64,000 nt of DNA from positions 160,001-224,000 of the forward strand of contig BK006934.2 of NCBI GenBank assembly GCA_000146045.2, in the 5' to 3' direction. How positions within the stretch are numbered: the first letter of the stretch is position 1; every line of letters begins with the position of its first letter. Shown here piece after piece: positions 1 through 10,798 of this stretch. The stretch comes from TPA_inf: Saccharomyces (taxonomy: Eukaryota). The position numbers were made by a program, and so were the translations under genes. Under the pieces are notes generated by a model. That model was not told the DNA's origin and ran no database searches. It was given only the letters and a program-made list of their open reading frames with translations.

Positions 1-1
1 T

Positions 2-511
2 GAAGATACCGGTCTGGTTCCCCCATTACCTCCCACCGATATCGGTAGACATGTCAAATACCAATGGAACCCCGCCATTAAATGTATTGCGATCATCCCA
101 CAGTTCGAGTTGTCCACCGCCGACTCCAGAGGCGTTCTTCCAAAAGCCTACCCAACCCAGGACTTGGTTTTCAATCTACAAAGATTGGCCGTCTTGACCA
201 CAGCTTTGACCATGGACCCACCTAATGCCGACTTAATCTACCCTGCTATGCAAGATCGTGTCCACCAACCTTATAGAAAGACATTGATCCCAGGTCTCAC
301 GGAAATCTTATCATGTGTCACCCCATCCACATACCCTGGCCTATTGGGTATCTGCTTGTCAGGTGCAGGCCCAACTATCTTGGCTTTGGCCACTGAGAAT
401 TTCGAAGAAATCTCTCAAGAAATTATCAACAGGTTCGCCAAAAACGGCATCAAGTGCTCCTGGAAACTACTGGAGCCTGCCTACGATGGTGCTAGCGTCG
501 AACAGCAATGA
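2..511 (+). CDS. THR1: Homoserine kinase, C-terminal part (gene begins upstream of the window)
   Basis: The frame is open from the window edge to the stop at 509-511. The translation ...GLLGICLSGAGPTILALATENFEEISQEIINRFAKNGIKCSWKLLEPAYDGASVEQQ matches the GHMP-kinase C-terminus of yeast Thr1. The track's M at 110 is a TTG, not a real start. Confidence 0.85.
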   Translation, partial: EDTGLVPPLPPTDIGRHVKYQWNPAIKCIAIIPQFELSTADSRGVLPKAYPTQDLVFNLQRLAVLTTALTMDPPNADLIYPAMQDRVHQPYRKTLIPGLTEILSCVTPSTYPGLLGICLSGAGPTILALATENFEEISQEIINRFAKNGIKCSWKLLEPAYDGASVEQQ

Positions 512-843
512 AATGTCCTTTACCCCTAGTATACTGTGTTAAATACTATTGTAGACCATATACATACTGTAATTGACCGTTAACGGTTATTATGCTGAGT
601 CTTCTTCCGTTACCCGTCTTTTCTATCTATTTCGAAAATAAAAAATAAGTGAAAAGAACGAAATTTCACAACCATTAACAATACAGATAATGAATCGAAG
701 TTGTTTTCAGTCTCAATTCAAAAGACTCATAGCCAAGGCCAGTTGATTGATTTAGCCACAAGTATCATTCAACGTAATATCCACAGGTGTTTTTTTTCTC
801 ACCGGAAGGCGAATAAAATACAGGAGCTAGAGCGTGTAAGATA

Positions 844-1485
844 ATGAACAAGGAATCTAAAGATGATGATATGTCCTTGGGGAAGTTTTCCTTCTCCCAC
901 TTCCTATATTACTTGGTGCTAATAGTAGTAATAGTGTACGGTTTGTACAAGCTTTTCACTGGACATGGATCCGACATTAATTTCGGGAAGTTCTTGTTAA
1001 GGACATCCCCTTATATGTGGGCCAATCTTGGTATTGCCCTTTGTGTAGGCTTAAGTGTCGTGGGGGCAGCATGGGGTATTTTCATTACTGGTTCATCCAT
1101 GATTGGTGCCGGTGTGCGTGCTCCAAGGATTACCACCAAGAATTTAATTTCCATTATTTTCTGTGAAGTGGTTGCCATTTACGGTCTGATTATTGCCATT
1201 GTCTTTTCTTCGAAATTGACTGTGGCTACTGCTGAGAACATGTACTCGAAATCAAACCTGTACACTGGTTATTCTCTTTTCTGGGCAGGTATCACTGTCG
1301 GTGCTTCCAATTTGATTTGTGGTATCGCTGTCGGTATCACCGGTGCGACTGCTGCCATTTCCGATGCTGCTGATTCCGCATTGTTTGTTAAAATTTTGGT
1401 CATTGAAATTTTCGGGTCCATTTTAGGTTTATTAGGTTTGATTGTTGGTTTATTGATGGCCGGTAAAGCTTCTGAATTTCAGTAA
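844..1485 (+). CDS. PPA1: V-ATPase V0 proteolipid subunit c'' (213 aa)
   Basis: 213-aa ORF with an ATG start. It has four to five hydrophobic helices and a proteolipid signature ([12 protein letters not shown]...). The length matches Vma16/Ppa1. Confidence 0.9.
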
Positions 1486-1729
1486 GCGCTCAAACCAGGC
1501 TTTTCTTTTCCGTTTTTACGAGCTAGATAAGCGCATCCATATTTACTAATAGATATAATGAGATATCTGAGATACATGTGTATGTATATATGCACGTTTT
1601 CTTTTATTATCTAAAAATCATATTATATTAAGTAAGAGAAAAAAATGTACAACTATATAAATATATATTTATTTAAAATGGTTTTGAATTTTTCCTATTC
1701 TGGTTGATATTGCCCAAAAGCTATTCAGT

Positions 1730-4711
1730 TTACTCCTCTTCACGATAGTCAGGGTTCTTCTTTAAAATTACTACGCCCTCAATATGGCTTGTGTAACTAA
1801 TATATTCATCAGTTTCTAGTTCTGCTCTTTCGCCATGATTTAGTAAAACAGGAGTGGATTGCGTAATCCAGCCAGTAATCTTTTTTGGTCTGCCTGCTTG
1901 GCCGACAGTTTCCACTGCTTGACCAACGCGCACATTAACCTTTATTGGCTCTCCCTCATCGTTTAATGCTAGAATAAACTTTGGCCTTATACCGGCATTC
2001 AACATGTAGAACAATTGATGATGCTTCAACATGAAACTTGGCGATACTAAACCAACTGCGGTAGTTAATATTGATGCTAATGTCACCTTATTCAAAACAT
2101 GTGCATCATTGAACACATCCATTGTCATAGTACCTTTACCAAGATGCAATAACCCTTGTGCTAATCTGGTGATAAACAAAGCGTCTTGTTCACGTGAATA
2201 ATAACTTGCCAACTGTCTTAATAGTTGAGCTAACCTTGCATTGTTAGTACCAGCACCACATAGACCCATAGCGAAAATTGAATTCATTGAAACTTCTAAA
2301 TCGGCGTCATGTGAAAAACGAGTTAAGGTATCGAACACCTTCATTTGTGGATCAGAAACGGAAACAATACCCATCGCTAAAGGAACCATACGACGGATGT
2401 GTTCATTACCATAATGCATTAAATGACCAAAATGACGTAAAGACATTTCCTTGCCAATATCTTCACCAAGGGCAATCAAAGCAATACCCAAAACTGCATA
2501 AGCAAGTTCATCGACTATGCCTGCTTCTTTTTCTTCCTCCTCATCATCATTTTTCCCGTCCGTAGTAGCATCCTTATCGGAAGATTTTCCCTTCTTTTCT
2601 TCGGATTTTATCTCTTCACCTTCTAAACTCTCACCATTCTTCTTCTCTGTTATTTCTGCTTTAACTTCAACTTCCTCTCCTTCGGCATCAACCTCCATTT
2701 CGTCCACTTCGATCTCAGCTTCCTCGTTCTTGGTAGGTTCATTCACTTGCTCACCCAAAAAGTCACTTATGCTATTAGTCTGTCCTTCGGCAGTTTCTTC
2801 TTCATCTGCATCTTCTTCACCTTTTACGTTTTTAGGGGTCAAACGATGTAACAAATCTTGAATTAACAAAACATCACCCGTACCAGTATAAGCACATGAA
2901 CCAACTAATACTTCAATAGCTGATGTCATTGGATGTTCAATAGCACTAATAGTTTCTAAAACATCATCCACCTGTTCACCTTGGCCCATGTATAGAATAC
3001 CTAAAGCAAGTGCCAAAAACCTTACCCAGTCGGTCTTCAACTCGATGGCTGTACGCTCTAAAAAGTTGTCCATGATAGAAGTTGTAATGTCACCATTACA
3101 AGTACCAACGAAAACATGAGCCAAAGCTAAGGAAGCCATAGCTGCAGTTTCAATAGGCAAGTCAGTGGATGCGGCAATTGGTAATAACAAACCCAACACT
3201 TCGTCATTCTTGCTACCAGCAAATGCAATACCCAGGCCAAGAATAGCTGCTGAACTAATTTTAGTGTCTGGGTTAGTAACATAATCTTGCAAAAGTAACA
3301 AAGCTGGTTCAACTTCACCATCATGCACACCGGAAGCGGAAATACCAATACCTAATAATGCACCAGCTTTAACTTCTGGCTCATCAACGTAGAGATACTT
3401 ATCCAGTTGTTGCAAACCATCGAGATTCCACTGGTATATAGATCCAATACTAGCTACCGCGGAAGTCATACCGTCACCTTTGGTTTTATATACCCAATTA
3501 TCATTATCCACAATTAATTTATCGTTACAATAACCTAAGTTTAAGAACCCGTTGACAAATGACGAAGCTAGATTTTGTTGAGCAGAATCTAGGCCGGCGC
3601 TTGAGAACACAGATTTAGAGTTATCCAAATGGCTCTTATAAATGTCTTCTGGGACTTTTGGCCCAGTTAGATTCAATTCTTTAGCAAGATATAAAAAGTG
3701 TTCAGACAATTTACCATTTCCAATTATATCCTGAACACCTTCATACTCAAACGATGTCTTTTGTGCGGCTAAAATATATGCTAATTGTTTATGCATCACT
3801 GGATCGCTAGTAGCATCGAAAACGGATCTGATCATATCCTCTTCCCCTAGTCTAACTGCCAAAGCAATTGCATCTGTAAGTTCGTTCTGAGATAGATAAA
3901 TAGAATATGCGGTTTTTAAAAAGGCAACGTCTTCAGGAGGTGGCAAAAGTGGAACACATGCAACCATATATTGACAAACTCTTTGGAAGGTATTCTCATC
4001 GACAAATTGAGGTAGCTTGTCAATAGATTCAATTTCCAAAAGCAAATCTACCGCGTCTTCTTCACCGTTGTGTTTCAAAAAGTATGGGACAATGTCTAAA
4101 CATAGACGAAGAGTATCTTCCTTGGAAAATTCGAACCCGGAAGTAGCCGCAGATCCATCGCTTTTAGATCCATCAGATGATGTTTCATCTTCAGCATCTT
4201 TTTCCACTTGATCATTATATACTTCACCGATCTCCAAAGCTAAATGACGGATGTACTCATGTCCCCACCCTTCAAAATCAGAAACGTCGGAGAGTAATCT
4301 ATATCTCAATGAATCGTGTTTACCATTTTCAGAGTATGTCATGGCTAAAATGGACAAGACATCCGCTAAAGAGGATTTCAAGTTTGGATCTGTCCATTTG
4401 TCGTAGATAGAACATAGGTCTGGATATGTCGGACGAAGGAATTTCAAAGGTTTGGGAACGGCGGTCATAGAACTCGTAGAATTTTTGATCGATTCCTTTA
4501 AGGCATTCAAAGACGCTTCATATAAAGATGAATCGTCTTCTTTCAGCCTTTCAACCAATAGCTCTAAATCTGTTTTAAGCTTTGCATCTTCTTCGGATAG
4601 CTGCTCCTCTTCCTCCTTTTTTTTATCCTTCTTATTTGGTGTCTGCTTTTCAGGACTTATCTGCGATTGTTCATCAATAGTCTGTTGTTTCTTATCACTT
4701 TCGTCTACCAT
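1730..4711 (-). CDS. RPN1: 26S proteasome regulatory particle non-ATPase subunit Rpn1 (993 aa)
   Basis: Long ORF with PC repeats. Starting at the ATG at 4711 ([10 protein letters not shown]) gives 993 aa. The track start at 4732 is 7 codons upstream. There is an acidic/Lys-rich low-complexity insert around 2520-2860. Confidence 0.9.
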
Positions 4712-4977
4712 TTTCTTGCAATTGTCTTCCAAATTTATACGAATCGCACCTTATGTAGACCAATGGGCAAGTTTGTTAGTGAAGAATTATAGATTTGACC
4801 AAATTTGCTTAATTACTTATACCCTTTGCCAAATTTCGTGCTCGCCTTTTGCCACCGTAAAACACATCATCTTCTACGAACATTAATCTGTTATATTACC
4901 AATTTTATATATACATAGTATGTAAATATGAAAATGTTTTATGAATGTCTCTATGAGATGAGCTGTAAATAGTCAAC

Positions 4978-7434
4978 TCATTTGACAAATTGCCCATCGA
5001 AAGCACGCTTTGCCCAATCCAATAGCTTGTCAAAAACGATTACATTCGCATTATGGTATCTTATACTATGATCTGAGTCAGGAAAGACGTGGACGTCATA
5101 ATTTTCCACACCATTTAGATCCAAAAGGTCCAGAAACTTTAGGGAATTTTGAAAGTGAACGTTATCATCTCCTGTTCCGTGCATCAACAAAAATCTATTT
5201 GCTTGTGCCAAAGCAGTGACATTATGAACGCTTGATTCTACGTATCCATCAAAGTTTTCTTGAGGAGTATGCATGTACCTCTCAGTATAAACAGAATCGT
5301 AAAATCTCCAGTCGGTTACTGGCGCAACTGACATCCCGTATTTGAAATGTCTTCCGCCATCTTTCTCCAAAGTTTTTAGTGTCAGGTACCCCCCGTATGA
5401 CCAACCAAATAAGGAAATCTTTTGCGGATCAACAAAAGTTAAAGAACCATATAAGGAAGCCGCAGATATTTGGTCGCGGGCCTCGTAATCACCGAGCCTA
5501 TCGCGAACAAGGGATCTAAAGTCTTGACCTTTGAAGCCAGTACCACGACCGTCAACAACAACTACAATTGCGTTTAATTGTGAAGCTACCACTTCATTAA
5601 ATCCTACGGAAAACGTTTTGACAACTTGTTGAGAATTCGGTCCCCCATATGCAAAGAAAAATACAGGATAGTGGTCACTTAACGTTTCATCGAAATCATT
5701 TGGTAGGATTTCATACGAGTTCACTAGTATATCCTTTCCAAATTCGTCCTTTCCTAGGTTCAATTCCCTGAATGATTTTCTGGGTACCGCATAATCTTCT
5801 AAAATTTTGGTAAGTACTTCGTTCTTTTCCAAATGGTATAGTGATTTGCCTAAAACATTACCTTTGTCGCATTTTTCTGCTTTACGAGAATGGAAGTCCA
5901 CAATTTTTTGATATGGAACTTTTGGTCCTTTATAGGTGAGTAAACCAAACCTTCTACCAGAAGAAAAGGACACATCATAGACACCATCCTCAGAAGTATC
6001 AGTAACTTCAATAATTTCATTTGGTGACCGTAAATCTATGTAGTAAACGTGGCGTTCGGTTGAACTCTTTCGTGTAGAAATGAAGTAAAGACGATTTTCC
6101 ATTGAATCAAAGGCAAGTGGGCCATTCACCACTTCCCATTTCCCCTCTGTCAATGTTTTATAGTGTGAACTATTACTATTTTCGAAATAAGCCAAATGAT
6201 TGTAACCACCAATCGGAAGAATATCAACATAACCATTATGAGGCCTATCAAATGTTTCATTTGCCGGAATAAACAGAGTATTATGAGTAATCTCCCACCA
6301 TCCTCCGTTAGAACTTTCGTTCCTTACCACGTTTGAAGTCTTTGCAATTGTATCTATCAAAAACACAGTCAATATGTCCGAGGATCGATCGGTAGTTTTA
6401 ACTAAAACGTTTCCATTTCCTACCCATGTAACTTCAGTAATTAACAGACTTCCATCTTTTTTATTTCCACTTATTCTTGGATGGAACGATGTTCCATCTT
6501 TCATACTGTAAACCCATAGCTCTGCATGAGGATTTGGCGTGCCACTTTTTGGATACTTGATACTGCGCATTTCGGGGTATATATCCTTTTCATCTTGGAC
6601 ATAATATGGAATGATAAACTCACCAACTTCTGATTCATCAATTTTCAAGAATGCCAGGTAATCACCAGTTGGTGACCACCACGCAGCCTTGTCGTCTTCA
6701 AAAACTTCTTCCTCGTAAACCCAATCTGGCTTACCGTTAAAAAGAAAGGAGCTTCCGTCGTTGGTCACAGCCCGTATGGTCTTTTTGGAAATAGCAGAAT
6801 AAATATATATATTGTTATCTTGGACGTATGCAATATCATTAGAATTAGGGGACCATATTGCTAGAGCCACCTCGTTTCCAATCTCCTCAAAGGACGAGCT
6901 ACTCTTATCGTAGACAAAATAAGAACCAAACGTTGAGTGTCTCCAATTTTGTACGCTATTTGTTCTAATTAATAACCGCTTCAGGTCGGGAGACGCAGTT
7001 ATTGACTCCACAGTGAGGTTTTGACCGTTATGAATGAAAGTTTTTCCCTCTAATAAAACGCTATTATATGAGTCATCGTAGACAGATTTAACAACGTAAC
7101 TATCGTTCATAAATGTAACATAAAGACCTAGATCGTTGCTTTCAATTTTATTGTCACTAATCCATTGCAGCTCGTGATATTTGGGTTGAAATGTATTGTT
7201 TCTTACAACAGAAAACGACACCTTTAATTTCCCATCATTGGTGTAATTAGAGTTGGGTTCTTGATAATCTGGTGTGTTTGAATGGTGAGGTATACTTTTT
7301 AGCAACAAAACAGTGCCCCATATCAGGAGTACAAGGATTATTCCGACCCTTATGAGCTTATCTAACAAATGCTTCTTTTTTGTATCGAAAAGTTCATCAG
7401 GAATGCGCTCAACTTCTTCTTCGCCACCTTCCAT
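4978..7434 (-). CDS. DAP2: Dipeptidyl aminopeptidase B, type II membrane serine peptidase (818 aa)
   Basis: 818 aa. N-terminal TM anchor (LIRVGIILVLLIWGTVLLL), DPP-IV beta-propeller, and a C-terminal GWSYGG catalytic serine motif. Confidence 0.9.
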   Translation of the reverse strand: MEGGEEEVERIPDELFDTKKKHLLDKLIRVGIILVLLIWGTVLLLKSIPHHSNTPDYQEPNSNYTNDGKLKVSFSVVRNNTFQPKYHELQWISDNKIESNDLGLYVTFMNDSYVVKSVYDDSYNSVLLEGKTFIHNGQNLTVESITASPDLKRLLIRTNSVQNWRHSTFGSYFVYDKSSSSFEEIGNEVALAIWSPNSNDIAYVQDNNIYIYSAISKKTIRAVTNDGSSFLFNGKPDWVYEEEVFEDDKAAWWSPTGDYLAFLKIDESEVGEFIIPYYVQDEKDIYPEMRSIKYPKSGTPNPHAELWVYSMKDGTSFHPRISGNKKDGSLLITEVTWVGNGNVLVKTTDRSSDILTVFLIDTIAKTSNVVRNESSNGGWWEITHNTLFIPANETFDRPHNGYVDILPIGGYNHLAYFENSNSSHYKTLTEGKWEVVNGPLAFDSMENRLYFISTRKSSTERHVYYIDLRSPNEIIEVTDTSEDGVYDVSFSSGRRFGLLTYKGPKVPYQKIVDFHSRKAEKCDKGNVLGKSLYHLEKNEVLTKILEDYAVPRKSFRELNLGKDEFGKDILVNSYEILPNDFDETLSDHYPVFFFAYGGPNSQQVVKTFSVGFNEVVASQLNAIVVVVDGRGTGFKGQDFRSLVRDRLGDYEARDQISAASLYGSLTFVDPQKISLFGWSYGGYLTLKTLEKDGGRHFKYGMSVAPVTDWRFYDSVYTERYMHTPQENFDGYVESSVHNVTALAQANRFLLMHGTGDDNVHFQNSLKFLDLLDLNGVENYDVHVFPDSDHSIRYHNANVIVFDKLLDWAKRAFDGQFVK

Positions 7435-7628
7435 GAGTAATTTGGCTTATTGGTATGTTGCAAAAATACTCTCTGAAAGAATACTTCGAATTTCGGCACT
7501 TCTTATGTACACTTTGATGGAAGCTTTCTTGATAAGGAATTCTCCGTCTATTTCCTTCAATACCGCCTCCGGCGGTATTGAAGGAGAAAAATTTGGGCGG
7601 GAGCATATTATTGTAATTAATATATACA

Positions 7629-7646
7629 TATATATATATATATATA
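7629..7646. repeat. (TA)9 dinucleotide microsatellite in the intergenic region between DAP2 and YHI9
   Basis: Read directly from the sequence. Confidence 0.9.
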
Positions 7647-7676
7647 CATCAACCTTACAACTATGCGTTTAGAATC

Positions 7677-8561
7677 CTAAACTTTGATCTTACCATCAAT
7701 AACGGTAGTGGCATGACCTGCTATATAGTAGGAAGTGCTATTATCAGCTTCTTTCTTAATTGAAGCTAACATTAGGCCATTTCTTTTTAACCTTCCACCC
7801 TCAGAAATGGTAATATCCGTGGTTTTCTCAAACTTATAAACTTCTTGCAAATATCTTGCAAGGGCTACAGAACCACTACCACAAACAGGATCTTCATAAA
7901 CGTTTATCACCGGAGCAAACGCCCTCATTTCGTAGGAGTTTTTGATGGCGGCTTCCTTTTTAGGGCCCGCTAGGATAATTCCCACATGGTCATTCTGTTT
8001 TGTCTGGTGTGCAAGCATAGCAAAATTTGGGTTTGCATTGAAGCAAGTTTCTGCATCTTCTACTAGCGCCACGATCCACTCTGGCCCAGTATGTAAAAGA
8101 GCAGGAGGCTTTATGAATTTCAAACCAATCGCTTTTTCATAATCAGCAATCATCTCACTCGATATACTTTCGTAATCAGCCATCGGAGCTTTGAAGCTAA
8201 TTAGTCCCTCATTAATTGTTATTGGAACAGCGCCTATTTTACATTCCTGGACGAGAGAAGTCGCAGTGGTGTTTTTGGTGAACTCAAGGAAAGCCTTACA
8301 TGAACCAATGGTTGGGTGACCAGCAAATGGCAATTCACTTCTTGGAGTAAAGATCCTCAACTTGTAATCATACTTTTTATCAGATGGTTTAAATAAAAAC
8401 GTTGTTTCTGATAAGTTTGTCCAGTTGGCAATTGCCTGCAATTCTTCTTGACTGACTTCATTTTCATCAATTTCCAAGAAGTTTATTACTGCTACTGGAT
8501 TTCCCATAAAGGGCTTCTCAGTGAATACATCAACTTGTTTGAAAGGTACCATTAAAGTCAT
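7677..8561 (-). CDS. YHI9: PhzF-family (phenazine biosynthesis-like) isomerase-fold protein (294 aa)
   Basis: 294-aa ORF with PhzF/DapF-like fold motifs. Its position between DAP2 and SLT2 matches YHR029C. Confidence 0.85.
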
Positions 8562-8713
8562 ATTCTAAGCGCTTGGTTTTTTTTATCTTATCTTCCTTGT
8601 GTCATATTTAGACATTTAGTTTAGTATTCTAGGTGCTTAAATAATGAATATTGTCTATAGATGACTAATCATAAATGAACGAAAAGAAAGAATTCAAGAG
8701 GCGATAACAAACT

Positions 8714-8721
8714 TCCGCGGA
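8714..8721. promoter_or_regulatory. Perfect PDRE palindrome TCCGCGGA (Pdr1/Pdr3 consensus), about 150 bp upstream of the YHI9 ATG
   Basis: Exact TCCGCGGA read at 8714-8721, in the intergenic region between the SLT2 3' end and the YHI9 5' end. Confidence 0.4.
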
Positions 8722-8889
8722 GTACGATTAAGATAAGCGTCGGAGGAGGAATTTGATATACGAGCTACAACAAGAGCACGTATATATATATATATTTGTA
8801 TACGTTCATATACATCATATATACACATTGTCTGTAAGCTTACATCTATGGTGATTCTATACTTCCCCGGTTACTTATAGTTTTTTGTC

Positions 8890-9170
8890 CTAAAAATATT
8901 TTCTATCTAATCCAAACTCCAGCTCTTTTTCAAGGTCTAGAAGCGTGCCGTTATCATTCTGAGGCGGAATATCTGCGGTATTTCCAGTGGCAGGTCTCAT
9001 CTCCATCATACTCTCTTGAGGTCGAGGTGGGAAATCTGCATCATGCCTTGGCAAATTTTGGGAGTGAATACCAAATGATTCTTGTTGTGGCGCAACAGAA
9101 TTAGACGTGGCCATCTGTTTTGGATAATTTTCTTCACTCGCTGCGGCGTTGCCATTATCCACATCTGAAG

Positions 9171-9219
<49 letters not shown>

Positions 9220-10344
9220 TAATTGTAATTGCCTTTGCTCTTCTAATAGCGGTTGTCTCACAAACAGCCTGAAATCTTGCACTTCTTGTATAACCATTTG
9301 TTTTAAGTCCTCCATATCATTAACCGATTCAAAACTAAATTCGAATTTTTCACTACACACAGGTTCGTCAGCTGGATCATGCCATATAGACAAGTAAGGA
9401 TGCTCCAGGGCCTCATCCACGGTAATTCTCTTTTGAGGGTCAAACGCGAGCATTTGCTCCAATAAGTCTAATGCTTGTGAATTGGCATTTGGGTATAAAT
9501 TGACAAAAGGTACTTTTGGAATGAAACCTAATTGATGTATGTAGTCCTGAACATTTTTAGAACCAATCCTTCTTAAAGTTTCGTCTGGGGGTGTCCCTAA
9601 AACTTGTAATATTTGATTCAATTGATTAACGTAATCCTTTCCTTTGAAGATTGGCTTTCCACCAAGAAACTCCGCTAAAATACAGCCAGCTGACCATACG
9701 TCAATCGCCTTGGTATATCCTTGGTAACTCAACATTATTTCCGGAGCTCTATACCATCTAGTGGCCACGTACTCCGTCAAAAATTGACTGTTTTCGACAG
9801 GATTCTCCGAATAACCTCTAGCTAACCCAAAATCACAGATTTTCAATTGACAATCTGCATTGACAAGCAAATTGCCGGGCTTCAAATCACGATGCAAGAC
9901 ATCTGCAGAATGAATATACTTTAAACCACATAATATTTGGTATGTGAAACTTTGATAGTGAGCATCCGTCAAAGGTTGACCGGATTTGATGATTTGGTGC
10001 ATATCACATTCCATAAGTTCCTCATAAAGATATAGTCCATTGATAGACCCGTCTGGATAAAAAACAATATCCATATCATAAAGACATGTAATATTTTTGT
10101 GGCCTCTGAAATGTCTCAAAAGCTTTAGCTCACGTAGGGATCTTTTACATAGTAAGGTCTTCGAAAAAACGTTTGTCACTTTCTTGATGGCAACTGTGGT
10201 ATCTTCGGCAGCTTCTGCAAACCGCGCTGAACACACTATGCCGTATGCTCCATGCCCTATTTCTTTGATAAGTTGAAACCTCTTATCTACACTGAAATCT
10301 TGATTGAAGACCTTGAAAGTATGCCTCTCTATCTTATCAGCCAT
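8890..10344 (-). CDS. SLT2: Cell-wall-integrity MAP kinase Slt2/Mpk1 (484 aa)
   Basis: Ser/Thr kinase domain with a TEY activation loop ([14 protein letters not shown]), and a C-terminal poly-Q tract of 16 Q. 484 aa. Confidence 0.92.
9170..9220 (-). repeat. Imperfect CAG/CAA trinucleotide repeat encoding the Slt2 poly-Q tract
   Basis: The plus strand reads (CTG/TTG)n. The minus strand encodes [16 protein letters not shown]. Confidence 0.9.
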
Positions 10345-10798
10345 CTCCCAGAATTGTTATACACGCCCTTCAATTATTTCTACTATTTTGATAGCTTCAA
10401 TAAGAAAATCTGTGGCCTAGATTTGCTGACTGAATGCACAGTTCGTCTAATATATATATATATCTGGCAGACCAGGGTCTTCAATTAAATCTAAATATTT
10501 GTGTAGGATCTGATTTCCCTCACTTTTTTTTTCGATATATTCCTGGCTAGATCTCCTTTTTCAGTTTCTATTTTTAACACTGAAACTTTCCATTCTGCCA
10601 ACATTTCGCAGTCTTCTATAAAAAAAAAAAAAGATAATATAAAAATCGCCGCATACGTAGGCTTAGCTAAATAGATGGCTTCTAGATGAATATTTCGGGA
10701 TTCTGTTAAATTATACAGATAGGCTCACAAGTATTCGAACCTGTATAGAACAAGAAAAGAAAACTTCAACTAGAGTATATGCATTTATTCGTTGCAAG

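Noticed and set aside
2517-2861. 114-aa Ser-rich ORF on the + strand inside RPN1
   Set aside because: It is antisense to the GAA/AAG-rich low-complexity coding segment of RPN1. It is a compositional artefact with no independent signals.
9149-9397. 82-aa ORF encoding a poly-Cys run
   Set aside because: It is the reverse complement of the SLT2 CAG/CAA poly-Q repeat and is not a metallothionein-like gene.
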